Assembly: GCA_018052455.1 (NCBI GenBank)
Contig: JAGPNE010000007.1
Coordinates: 654 to 64,653, forward strand
Source of the DNA: Candidatus Fermentithermobacillaceae bacterium
GTDB lineage: Bacteria; Bacillota; Sulfobacillia; Fermentithermobacillales; Fermentithermobacillaceae
Reading direction: 5' to 3'
Length of the DNA: 64,000 nucleotides
Positions 17,460-26,634 of the stretch are shown here, in pieces (position 1 is the stretch's first letter; each line of letters starts with the position of its first letter). Below the pieces are notes generated by a model, which saw only the letters and a list, made by a program, of their open reading frames with translations, was not told the origin of the DNA and did no database searches. Both the position numbers and the translations under genes were made by a program.

Positions 17460-18135
17460 GTGGTTACAGCACTCACTTTTTGACTATCCTGACAGGGGCG
17501 AAGACAATAGTCTGCTCGAAGCAGTTCTGGTGGTTGAGCCGGACTATTCAAACGAATTTCTTAACATTCGTGATTTGGAGACTTTGAGGAAAGCTGTAGC
17601 CGAATGCGCAGAGTGCGAGCTGAGGCATGGAGCAAAAGGCGTGGTCTTTGGCGAGGGAGATAGCCGAGCACGCATAATGTTCGTAGGAGAGGCGCCTGGG
17701 AAAACTGAGGATGACACTGGCAAGCCTTTCGTAGGGCGGGCAGGACAGCTTTTGGATTCCATGCTTGAAGCTAACGGTTTCTCTCGAGGAGAGGTCTTCA
17801 TAACCAATATCGTGAAATGTCGTCCCCCCGGAAACAGAATGCCAGCCAATGAAGAGGTTGAGGCATGTCTCCCCAATCTGAGGGCGCAGATTCGCCTTAT
17901 CAGGCCGGAGATAATTGTTCTTCTCGGGGCACTTTCGTGCCAGACCTTAATAGACCCTGGTCTGAGGGTCACAAAGGATAGAGGCAAGTGGTTTGAAAAA
18001 GATGGGATCAAGTATCTGGTAACATTTCACCCTGCGGCTGTCTTACGGGACGAAGCGGGGAAGAAGCCCCTTATGCTCAACGATATGAAAAGCTTAAGGA
18101 CCAAATATGATGAATTGACAAAGAAACGCACTTAA
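17443..18135 (+). CDS. Uracil-DNA glycosylase, family 4 (Fe-S type)
   Basis: Motifs CAECELRH..GEGD and FVGEAPGKTEDDTGKPFVGRAGQLLD ... ITNIVKCRPPGNR. The exact start is uncertain. Confidence 0.8.
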   Translation: MTKKNEWLQHSLFDYPDRGEDNSLLEAVLVVEPDYSNEFLNIRDLETLRKAVAECAECELRHGAKGVVFGEGDSRARIMFVGEAPGKTEDDTGKPFVGRAGQLLDSMLEANGFSRGEVFITNIVKCRPPGNRMPANEEVEACLPNLRAQIRLIRPEIIVLLGALSCQTLIDPGLRVTKDRGKWFEKDGIKYLVTFHPAAVLRDEAGKKPLMLNDMKSLRTKYDELTKKRT

Positions 18136-18155
18136 GAGATAACATTGCACATGAA

Positions 18156-18674
18156 ATGGTGAGATTATTGGAAACGAGATCCTTTAGTGTAAAGACACAA
18201 TCTTCCGATGAAACGAAGGAACTGGGAAGACTAATAGGAACACATCTAAAAGGCGGAGAGGTGATCCTTCTAGAGGGTCCGTTGGGCGCCGGAAAGACTA
18301 CAATGGTGCAAGGAATTGCATCAGGGTTGGGCATTGACAAACCAGTGAATAGTCCTAGTTTTGTCCTCGAGAAGATCTATGAAGGTAGATGCAACCTTTA
18401 TCACTTCGACTTCTATCGCTTGGATGAGAGGGAAATTGAAGAATCGGGACTCCTTTTCGACCTGGATCCAGAGGCGGTAGTTGTGATCGAGTGGGCTGAC
18501 CGTTTGAGCAGTGGAATGCACGATGTTACACTTAGAATTCGTATGGATTTTGTTGGTGTGCCTCTTAGCGCTGCAACTATGGCAGTAACGGATGCCCGTA
18601 GCATTGATATTAGCACGGAAGATGAGTTCTGGGCTGATGTAATCGAAAAGCTCAGTGAAAGAGGAAGCAAATAG
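18156..18674 (+). CDS. tsaE: tRNA threonylcarbamoyladenosine biosynthesis ATPase TsaE
   Basis: LEGPLGAGKTTMVQGI P-loop, SPSFVL motif and YHFDFYRL motif typical of YjeE/TsaE. Confidence 0.85.
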   Translation: MVRLLETRSFSVKTQSSDETKELGRLIGTHLKGGEVILLEGPLGAGKTTMVQGIASGLGIDKPVNSPSFVLEKIYEGRCNLYHFDFYRLDEREIEESGLLFDLDPEAVVVIEWADRLSSGMHDVTLRIRMDFVGVPLSAATMAVTDARSIDISTEDEFWADVIEKLSERGSK

Positions 18675-18675
18675 G

Positions 18676-19437
18676 ATGAATAACACAGTATTAGCAGTAG
18701 AAACAAGTACAGACTTGCTCGGGGTATCTGTGGTCAACAAAAGGGGTGTGCTTTCCGAGGTAACTACATCCAGGCCAAGGGTTCATTCTGCCATGCTTCT
18801 TCCCCTATCGGTAGAAGCGCTGAGAATGGCGGATCTGGCCATGGACGATATAGACTGCTTTGCAGTATCACAAGGCCCCGGCTCGTTTACTGGATTGAGG
18901 ATAGGTTGTGCAAGTGTCCAGGGGATGGCTTTGGCTCTCGGCAAAGGCGTAGTTAAAGTGCCAACTTTTGAAGTATACTTGAGACAGTGCAAAGCATATG
19001 ACAACCTGGCAATTGTCCAGGGAAAGGCTAAAGGTCAAACGGTGTGTGCCTATTTTGAACGCATAGCATCGTTTGTTTCAGATGAGCGTGAGTTTTCGTG
19101 TGATTACGGGTTCGAGGAGAAGGTCCGAATTGGGCCGAGGACATACACTGATTTCTGTGAGGATCTATGCAAAGAGCCAATAGAGGGGCCTCTTTGGGTT
19201 ACAGGAGACGCGGCTCATGAATTCAGTATATCGGCTTCAGACCTGTTACCTTATGAGGTACGTCTGGTCGATGAGTATCTTTTGCTGCCTAAGCCAGGCA
19301 TAGTAGGGTTGATCGGTCGGCGAATGTTTGAACAAGGGTTGGCCGTAGCCCCTTCTTTAGTTACCCCAGAGTATTACAGGCAGTCTCAGGCCGAGGTCTT
19401 GTTTTCAGAACGAGGAGACGAAGGTGAAAGGCGATGA
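18676..19437 (+). CDS. tsaB: tRNA threonylcarbamoyladenosine biosynthesis protein TsaB (YeaZ)
   Basis: MNNTVLAVETSTDLLGVSV.., an ASKHA-fold inactive Kae1 paralog. GAGGAAG SD before ATG 18676. Confidence 0.8.
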   Translation: MNNTVLAVETSTDLLGVSVVNKRGVLSEVTTSRPRVHSAMLLPLSVEALRMADLAMDDIDCFAVSQGPGSFTGLRIGCASVQGMALALGKGVVKVPTFEVYLRQCKAYDNLAIVQGKAKGQTVCAYFERIASFVSDEREFSCDYGFEEKVRIGPRTYTDFCEDLCKEPIEGPLWVTGDAAHEFSISASDLLPYEVRLVDEYLLLPKPGIVGLIGRRMFEQGLAVAPSLVTPEYYRQSQAEVLFSERGDEGERR

Positions 19438-19934
19438 AGAGTATTTTGCAGGTTACAATAAGTGAGATGACGCCCAAGGATCTTGACGAAGTTCTGGCCA
19501 TAGAGAGTCAATCCTATCCTACGCCATGGTCCAGAAGAGCGTTTGAATCAGAGCTTAGAGACAATGTGTATGCTCACTACTTTGTGGCTAGACACGAAGA
19601 CCAAATTGTCGGCTACTTTGGCATGTGGATCATATTAGACGAAGCCCATATTACCAACATAGCTGTAAGCCCGAAGATGAGGCGTCAAGGCATAGGTGAG
19701 CAGATGCTCAGGTTTGCTTTTGACAAAGCGAGGGAACTCGGTGCCTCTAGAATGACTTTGGAAGTGAGAGTCTCCAACCACCAAGCCCAAAACCTGTACC
19801 GAAAGCTGGGTTTTGTGGAACGAGGGATCAGAAAGGGATACTATACTGACACCAATGAAGATGCTCTCATAATGTGGAAAGATGATCTCGGACCAGAAAA
19901 CCCCCAGTCAGAACAGGTCAAATGGATGGTGTAG
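19434..19934 (+). CDS. rimI: Ribosomal-protein-alanine N-acetyltransferase (GNAT)
   Basis: GNAT motifs (RRQGIGEQML, MTLEVRVSNHQAQNLYRKLGF). Canonical position after tsaB. Confidence 0.8.
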   Translation: MKSILQVTISEMTPKDLDEVLAIESQSYPTPWSRRAFESELRDNVYAHYFVARHEDQIVGYFGMWIILDEAHITNIAVSPKMRRQGIGEQMLRFAFDKARELGASRMTLEVRVSNHQAQNLYRKLGFVERGIRKGYYTDTNEDALIMWKDDLGPENPQSEQVKWMV

Positions 19935-19984
19935 ACGTCCCGGAAGGCGATTTTACGGTCAAGTTTGGGTTTTGACAAAAGGAC

Positions 19985-20908
19985 CTAGAGTAGGGAAACT
20001 GCCGAGTTTACATCGTCTCTTGCCTTCAAGGCCGCGTCTTTGATCGCACCGGCTATTTCTTCCCGCGTAGGACGCGGGTCTTCAAGCTTTTCGTAGGCAA
20101 ATATGATTTGCCTTGACGAAGAGACTACCGCGCCATTTCCCCTGGCAGTAAATGCGGGTAGTACATCCTGCGCTGTTCCGCCTTGAGCACCATAACCTGG
20201 AAGAAGAAAGATAGTGTGGGGCATGATTTGTCTTAAGCGAATCATGCTTTCGGGATATGTAGCCCCAACGACTGCTCCTATATTGGAGAACCCGCAGGTG
20301 CCTAGGCTTTCGTCTCCAAGATTGGCGATTTCGGCGCCTACTATCTCAGACACAGTAGTGTTGTATCTTTTATCTTCATCCAAGACCCTGAGATCTTGAA
20401 ACACTGAAGAACCAGCGTTAGATGTTTTTACGAGTACGAACAACCCGCAGTCGTTCTTGTTTGCGGTTTCGATGAAAGGCCTGAGTGTATCGGGACCCAA
20501 GAAGGGGTTAACGGTCAGAGCATCCGCGAAGAAATCCGAGTTAGGCTCAAGGTATGCAGTAGCGTACGCGGAAGCTGTGTTTCCAATGTCACCTCTTTTG
20601 GCGTCAAGAATAACTGGGATCCTAAGAGAACGAGCGTACAGAATTACTCTAGATAGGACCGTAAGACCCATAATGCCCATGCATTCAAAAAAAGCGGCCT
20701 GAGGCTTTACGGCACACGCATATTCTTTTGCTACGTCTACTATCATGCGACAGAATGTTTCCAACACATATTCTGAAGATTTGCCCGAAAAGGCCTCTTG
20801 CAGCCTGGATTGGGGAGAAAAAACACGTTTCGGGTCTGGATCGATACCTATTACGATCCTAGAGTTTACTTCATCGATTCTACTCTGGAGCCTGTCTGCA
20901 AAGTGCAT
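19985..20908 (-). CDS. pyrF: Orotidine 5'-phosphate decarboxylase, long (type 2) form
   Basis: 307 aa with IGIDPDP and LDAKRGDIGNTASAYA motifs characteristic of type 2 OMP decarboxylase. Confidence 0.8.
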   Translation of the reverse strand: MHFADRLQSRIDEVNSRIVIGIDPDPKRVFSPQSRLQEAFSGKSSEYVLETFCRMIVDVAKEYACAVKPQAAFFECMGIMGLTVLSRVILYARSLRIPVILDAKRGDIGNTASAYATAYLEPNSDFFADALTVNPFLGPDTLRPFIETANKNDCGLFVLVKTSNAGSSVFQDLRVLDEDKRYNTTVSEIVGAEIANLGDESLGTCGFSNIGAVVGATYPESMIRLRQIMPHTIFLLPGYGAQGGTAQDVLPAFTARGNGAVVSSSRQIIFAYEKLEDPRPTREEIAGAIKDAALKARDDVNSAVSLL

Positions 20909-21083
20909 TCTTGTTATCCCGCCTTATGTGACCTACTAGGTACTGCAATCTATGGGTCATAAAAAGACTATCAATACTACTGTAAGGTTTCAATACCGGC
21001 ACACAAGTTTGTAGTTCGACGAAATCCTGGTAAAGCCTTTGGATCACAGTATAATTATTGTAGACTTCTAAGAGGTGATACAA

Positions 21084-22112
21084 ATGCTAATGCTTGGAAT
21101 TGATACGTCCTGCGATGACACTTCATGCGCAGTGGTCGAAAATGGGGTGACAATGCAATCCAACGTGGTTTCCTCACAGACCGACATTCATTCAAGGTAC
21201 GGAGGTGTTGTTCCGGAAATAGCATCAAGGCGTCATGTCGAGATGATGATACCTGTTACTGAGCAATGTCTTAGCGAAGCGGGTGTGGGACTCTCAGATA
21301 TCGATGCAGTGTCAGTGACTCATGGCCCTGGTCTGATAGGGGCGCTTCTTGTAGGAACATCTTTTGCAAAGTCTCTGGCATACGCGCTTGGTGTCCCTCT
21401 TGTACCTGTGCATCATCTGGCCGGACATATCTATGCCAATTTCCTGCGGGCCAATCAACCTGTCTTTCCGGTTTTGAACCTTGTGGTCTCGGGCGGTCAC
21501 TCTGAACTCATTTTGATGAAAGACCACGGTAAGTTTGAGATTATTTCCCAAACCTTGGATGATGCTGCAGGGGAAGTTTTTGATAAGGTGGCTCGCGAAA
21601 TGGGTTTGCCGTTTCCAGGAGGTCCGCATCTAGACGAACTTGCCGAAAAAGGGGATCCTGAGAGCATATTCTTTCCTCTGCCAAAAATCCAAGGTGTTAG
21701 GCATGCCTACAGTTTCTCTGGCATCAAAACGCGTGCTCTTTTGGAGTTTGAGGCAAGTGAGAGAAACGAAGAGATCATTCCTGATTTGTGCGCAAGTTTC
21801 AGGAAAGCAGTTGTGGAGCAGCTACTGCATCCGGTGAATGAGGTCATCCAGGAGACAAGGGCAAGCAGTTTTGCGATCTCAGGGGGAGTTGCAGCTAACA
21901 GGCTACTGAGAAGGGAAGCCGAGCTTCTCTGCGATAGACTGGGGGTTCCTCTATATATTCCACCAATTGAACTCTGTACAGACAATGGAGCCATGATAGC
22001 TGCCGCAGGTTTCTTCAAGTACCGTCGTACGGGCAGCGATACGGCACAGTGGTTGCATTTAAGCCCATCAGCCGGCCTTGAACTAGAGTCGTGGGGGGAA
22101 GGCGCTTTATGA
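21084..22112 (+). CDS. tsaD: tRNA N6-adenosine threonylcarbamoyltransferase TsaD (Kae1/Gcp)
   Basis: MLMLGIDTSCDDTSCAVV, HHLAGHIYANFL and VSGGVAANRLLR motifs. SD AGAGGTGA 5 nt before ATG 21084. Confidence 0.9.
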   Translation: MLMLGIDTSCDDTSCAVVENGVTMQSNVVSSQTDIHSRYGGVVPEIASRRHVEMMIPVTEQCLSEAGVGLSDIDAVSVTHGPGLIGALLVGTSFAKSLAYALGVPLVPVHHLAGHIYANFLRANQPVFPVLNLVVSGGHSELILMKDHGKFEIISQTLDDAAGEVFDKVAREMGLPFPGGPHLDELAEKGDPESIFFPLPKIQGVRHAYSFSGIKTRALLEFEASERNEEIIPDLCASFRKAVVEQLLHPVNEVIQETRASSFAISGGVAANRLLRREAELLCDRLGVPLYIPPIELCTDNGAMIAAAGFFKYRRTGSDTAQWLHLSPSAGLELESWGEGAL

Positions 22113-23449
22113 TTCTTACACCTACACCCTCTCCATCCATAGACGCGCTTTTGTATCACGCGCAAAAAGAAGGGATATTGCCCATTACCTCAGTCTGCAA
22201 TATGAACTGTGTTTTTTGTTCCAACAAGTATAATCCGCAGGGCTGCGAGGTTTTGAGCATTCCGCCTCGGTCCTTGGAGGAAATAAGAGAGACAATTCCG
22301 TGGCTTGGAGGTACCAGGGGACCGATAGTGATTGGTGAGTCAGTAACAAGGATTAATGAGGGAGAACCTCTTACTCACCCCGAGTTTCTCGAAATAGTGG
22401 AGGCAGTGCGTAAAGCCTATCCTGAACGCACAATTAGCGTGACAACCAATGCTACCTTATTCACTGAGGAACTGATCGAACGGATCTCACAAATAGGAGA
22501 AGTCGAGTTTGTTGTTTCTCTGAACACCGTAGGATATAGAAGAGACCTAATGGGAGATACGGATCCCCAAAGGACTCTTAAGAATGTCTCCATACTTGGC
22601 TCCAAGATCCCATTTGAAGGTAGTATTGTCGCGCTGCCTTTTATAACCGGATGGGACGATATTAGCGAAACGACCATGTTCCTCAAAGAATCAGGCGCGA
22701 CGACTACAAGATTGCTGGCACCGGGTTTCTCAAGGTTTCATCCGCTGAGTTCAAAGGTTTCACCAAGCATGTGGGACGACCTTTACCATCTCAGTATTGA
22801 ACTAACCAGAAAAACAAAGAGTCCTGTTCTCTTCGAGCCTCCTCGACTAAAGGATTTGACACCCGAGGTGATAGACGTTTTGCCAAGGTCTCCGGCGAAA
22901 AAGGCTGGCATAAGGCCTAAAGACGTGATCACTCGCGTACAGGGCGACGAGATGTTCTCTAGGACAAATGCATTCGAAACGACGAGGTATTTGGAGAATC
23001 CCAGGTTGACATACGAAAGAGACGGAGTGTCTTACGATACTGTCCTCTACAAAGAAAAGTATGATCCTCCTGGTCTGATAATGTACGATGACCTCGATGC
23101 TGAAGATTGGTTCGAATGGGAACGCAAGTCAGGAGTGCGGCGTAAAAAAGTGCTAATCCTTACATCAAGCTTCGCAAAACCACTTATAGAAAGCGCTCTC
23201 TTGAAGCGAGGACTGCATGCAAGAATAGAGGCTGTTCCTTCTATTTTCTTCGGAGGAAACATTCAAGCGGCTGGGTTGCTTACGGTACGCGATTTTCTAG
23301 CTGTTTATGAGGATGTCGCTTCTTCAGGATTCTTGCCTGATGTCATTACCTTGCCCAAACGTGCTTTTGACCCGTGGGGAAGAGATCTGGAATGCGTCAG
23401 GTACAAGGAACTTGAGATGATAACTGGACGCCCGGTGGTTCTGGCGTAG
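22109..23449 (+). CDS. Radical SAM domain protein with a C-terminal PDZ domain
   Basis: CNMNCVFCS (CxxxCxxC) radical-SAM cluster motif. The PDZ-like segment KKAGIRPKDVITRVQGDEM is internal. A G-rich SD precedes ATG 22109; the ORF extends upstream to 22091. Confidence 0.65.
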   Translation: MILTPTPSPSIDALLYHAQKEGILPITSVCNMNCVFCSNKYNPQGCEVLSIPPRSLEEIRETIPWLGGTRGPIVIGESVTRINEGEPLTHPEFLEIVEAVRKAYPERTISVTTNATLFTEELIERISQIGEVEFVVSLNTVGYRRDLMGDTDPQRTLKNVSILGSKIPFEGSIVALPFITGWDDISETTMFLKESGATTTRLLAPGFSRFHPLSSKVSPSMWDDLYHLSIELTRKTKSPVLFEPPRLKDLTPEVIDVLPRSPAKKAGIRPKDVITRVQGDEMFSRTNAFETTRYLENPRLTYERDGVSYDTVLYKEKYDPPGLIMYDDLDAEDWFEWERKSGVRRKKVLILTSSFAKPLIESALLKRGLHARIEAVPSIFFGGNIQAAGLLTVRDFLAVYEDVASSGFLPDVITLPKRAFDPWGRDLECVRYKELEMITGRPVVLA

Positions 23450-23552
23450 CGAAAAGGAGGAATGGCTCCTATTATTGGAGAAGACTTACGGGTAGGGGAA
23501 ACTATGTGATTCGTTGCAGTAGGCAGAGTGTTATTAGGAGGTTGAGAACAGA

Positions 23553-24614
23553 GTGGATGTTAAGCGATTCCTTAAAAAAGCATCCATGGCCTATGGCGTG
23601 AGCGGTTTCGAGTTTTCGAATATTGCGGATCTTGTTAAGGATGCAATGTCGGAACTGGTAAATGAAATCCGCGTAGATGCTCTCGGCGACGTCATCGGGG
23701 TGCGCTATGGGGAAGGGCCCGAACCAAGGCCAAGGATAATGTTGGCTGGGCATATGGACGAAATCGGGCTCATGATTACGAAAATCGAAGAAGGCGGGTT
23801 CCTTAGATTCGCACAAGTAGGAGGAGTAGATCCTCGGATACTACCAGGCCACGAAGTTATCGTATATGGGAGGAAACCTCTAACCGGCGTCATTGGGGTG
23901 AAGCCCCCTCATATGACGTCTAGGGAGGAGGCAGGAAAGGCCCATAAGATGGAAGATCTGTTCATTGACATAGGTATACCCGAAGAAGAGGTTAGGCAGT
24001 TGGTGAATGTAGGCGATGTCGTAACCTTCAAGCGTGAAGTGACTGAGCTTACGCAAGATGCAATGTCCGGCAAATCTTTTGACGATCGTGCAGGCGTTGC
24101 TGTAATCCTTGTCTGTCTTGAGGAGCTAAGGCGCTATAAAGTAAATGCTGACGTGTATGCTGTTGCTACTACACAAGAAGAAGTGGGCCTAAGAGGGGCA
24201 CTCGTATCTACATATGGTATTGTGCCTGATATTGGCATAGCTATCGATGTCTGCCATGCGGAGACTCCAGGTGTTCCTGATTGGAAGACTTTTTCAATGG
24301 GGAAAGGTCCCTCCATTACTCAGGGCGCGAACATTCACCCCGCGGTGTATGCGGGACTGGATAAGGCAGCAAAAGAACTTGGTATTTCCGTGCAGCCAGA
24401 CGTGACGCCTGCAGCAACTGGAACTGACGCGTGGGCCATTCAGGTAGCTCGTTCAGGTGTAGCTACGGGTTTGGTTTCGATCCCAGAAAGATATATGCAT
24501 ACTTCAGTGGAAACTTTTTCGGTACAAGATGTAGATAAGGCTGGGCGGCTAATTGCCAGGTTTATATCATCAGTCGATGCGGCTTTTGTGAAGGAGTTGA
24601 AGACATGGACCTAA
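23553..24614 (+). CDS. M42 family metallo-aminopeptidase (TET/FrvX/CelM-like), paralog 1
   Basis: GVSGFE, HMDEIGLMITKIEEGGFLRF and DDRAGVAV motifs. GTG start. Confidence 0.8.
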   Translation: MDVKRFLKKASMAYGVSGFEFSNIADLVKDAMSELVNEIRVDALGDVIGVRYGEGPEPRPRIMLAGHMDEIGLMITKIEEGGFLRFAQVGGVDPRILPGHEVIVYGRKPLTGVIGVKPPHMTSREEAGKAHKMEDLFIDIGIPEEEVRQLVNVGDVVTFKREVTELTQDAMSGKSFDDRAGVAVILVCLEELRRYKVNADVYAVATTQEEVGLRGALVSTYGIVPDIGIAIDVCHAETPGVPDWKTFSMGKGPSITQGANIHPAVYAGLDKAAKELGISVQPDVTPAATGTDAWAIQVARSGVATGLVSIPERYMHTSVETFSVQDVDKAGRLIARFISSVDAAFVKELKTWT

Positions 24615-25624
24615 AAACCCTAACATCCCTCTCAGGTGTTTCAGGAAACGAGCATGAGGTACGAAATGCGATCATTGCTGAACTCAAAGAGATGGGGATC
24701 TCATACGAGTGTGATGTCTTGGGTAACGTGATTGCTAAGAAGGGTTCCAAGGGGGTTAAAGTAATTGTCGACGCCCACATGGATGAAGTTGGGCTAGTAA
24801 TAACTTACATCGAGAAAAACGGATTCCTCCGGTTTGCGACTGTAGGAGGTATTGACCCTAGAGTCTTGGTTTCTAAGCGGGTTTTGATCGGTAAGGACAA
24901 AGTGCCCGGAGTGATAGGGGCCAAAGCCATACACCTTCAGGAACGGGAAGAGCGAACCAGAGTAATACCTCCGGACCAGCTTTTCATCGATATTGGAGCG
25001 GGATCCCAAGAAGAAGCTCAGAAGAAAGTCTCCATGGGTGACTACGTGATCTTTGATACACAGTATGAAGAGTTGTCTTGCGGGATGGTGAAGGCCAAGG
25101 CTCTAGATGACAGAGTCGGCTGCGCCTTGCTGCTAGAGGTCCTCAAAGAACCGTGGGAGGATATTCAGCTCAACGCAGTATTTGCAGTACAAGAAGAAGT
25201 AGGATTAAGAGGCGCACGAGTAGCCGCGTTCAGTGTGGAGCCTGACATGGGTTTGGCCATTGAAGGCACTATTTGCGCTGATATTCCTGGTACCGACAAA
25301 GAATTTCAAGCTACTCGAATTGGTAAAGGCGCCGCCCTCAGCATAATGGACGGAGGTTCTATACCAAATCAGGCCATGCTAAAGGAACTTCTGAGAATCG
25401 CCGAGGAAAACAACATCCCCGTCCAGTTTAGGGAAGCTACTTCAGGTGGAAATGATGCAGGAGCAATTCAACAAGCCAGGTCAGGGTGCCCTGTAGCATC
25501 TGTTTCTGTGCCCTGCCGCTATATACACACCCCGTGTTCTATCATGTCGATGTCTGATTTCGAAGCAGCGAGAAGACTCGTGATTCTTTTCCTGAAAAGT
25601 GTTGAGGGAGGTTTTAGACCATGA
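24605..25624 (+). CDS. M42 family metallo-aminopeptidase, paralog 2
   Basis: GVSGNEHEV, HMDEVGLVITYIEKNGFLRF and LDDRVGCA motifs. AGGAG SD. Confidence 0.8.
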   Translation: MDLKTLTSLSGVSGNEHEVRNAIIAELKEMGISYECDVLGNVIAKKGSKGVKVIVDAHMDEVGLVITYIEKNGFLRFATVGGIDPRVLVSKRVLIGKDKVPGVIGAKAIHLQEREERTRVIPPDQLFIDIGAGSQEEAQKKVSMGDYVIFDTQYEELSCGMVKAKALDDRVGCALLLEVLKEPWEDIQLNAVFAVQEEVGLRGARVAAFSVEPDMGLAIEGTICADIPGTDKEFQATRIGKGAALSIMDGGSIPNQAMLKELLRIAEENNIPVQFREATSGGNDAGAIQQARSGCPVASVSVPCRYIHTPCSIMSMSDFEAARRLVILFLKSVEGGFRP

Positions 25625-26613
25625 AGGAACTTATAAAGAAATTCACTGAGGGTTTTGGGCCCTCTGGGTTTGAAGATTCAATCCGACAGATTATCCGCGA
25701 AGAAGTAGAACCTTTTGTTGATGAAATCAAAGTAGATGCCCTTGGGAATCTGATCTGCTTCAAAAAGGGCAACGGTGGGAAGAAGATTCTGCTTGATGCC
25801 CACATGGATGAGATAGGCGTCATCGTGACGCACGTTGACGAGAATGGGTTTCTGCGATTTGGCAATATAGGCGGCATAAATCCTGTAGTAGCTTTGGGTC
25901 AGCGAGTCTACTTCGAAAATGGTGTTTGCGGAGTGATCGGGTGCGAGGCCATCGAAGATCCAAAGGACCTGAAGTTGAGCAAGTTCTTTATAGATATTGG
26001 CGCCAAGGGCCAACAAGAGGCTTTGGAGAAAGTGAAAGTGGGCCAAAGTGCGGCGTTCCTGCAAAGCGCCATCGATCTAGGCGATAGAATGATAGCAAAA
26101 GCCATGGACGACAGGATTGGATGTGTTGTAATCGCGGAGGTACTAAAGAAACTCAAATCCCTACAGCATGATGTCTACGCGGTTTTTGCGACGCAGGAAG
26201 AAGTCGGGCTCAGAGGCGCGAGAGTTGCAGCGTTCGGCATAGAACCTGACGTAGGCATAGCTTTTGATGTGACTGGTACTGGAGATACTCCAAAAGCGCG
26301 TACTATGGACGTTTCACTTGGAAAAGGAGCCGCAATAAAGGTTAAGGATTCTAGTCTTATATGCCACCCAGGGCTAAGAGAATATCTTGTGAAACTTGCT
26401 GAGGAAAACGGAATTCCTTATCAGTTAGAAGTATTGGAATACGGCGGCACCAATGCAGCTGCCATACAAATGACGAAGGCGGGCATACCCGCAGGTGTCA
26501 TCTCAATCCCATCACGGTACATTCATACTCCCGGTGAGGTCATTGACCTTGATGATGTGAAAGCTTGCATTGACCTTTGTGTTGCGGCATGTCATAGCTC
26601 CCTGGAATTCTAA
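25621..26613 (+). CDS. M42 family metallo-aminopeptidase, paralog 3
   Basis: GPSGFEDSI, HMDEIGVIVTHVDENGFLRF and MDDRIGCV motifs. GAGGGAGG SD. Confidence 0.8.
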   Translation: MKELIKKFTEGFGPSGFEDSIRQIIREEVEPFVDEIKVDALGNLICFKKGNGGKKILLDAHMDEIGVIVTHVDENGFLRFGNIGGINPVVALGQRVYFENGVCGVIGCEAIEDPKDLKLSKFFIDIGAKGQQEALEKVKVGQSAAFLQSAIDLGDRMIAKAMDDRIGCVVIAEVLKKLKSLQHDVYAVFATQEEVGLRGARVAAFGIEPDVGIAFDVTGTGDTPKARTMDVSLGKGAAIKVKDSSLICHPGLREYLVKLAEENGIPYQLEVLEYGGTNAAAIQMTKAGIPAGVISIPSRYIHTPGEVIDLDDVKACIDLCVAACHSSLEF

Positions 26614-26634
26614 GCGGGAAGGAGCGTCGTATTA

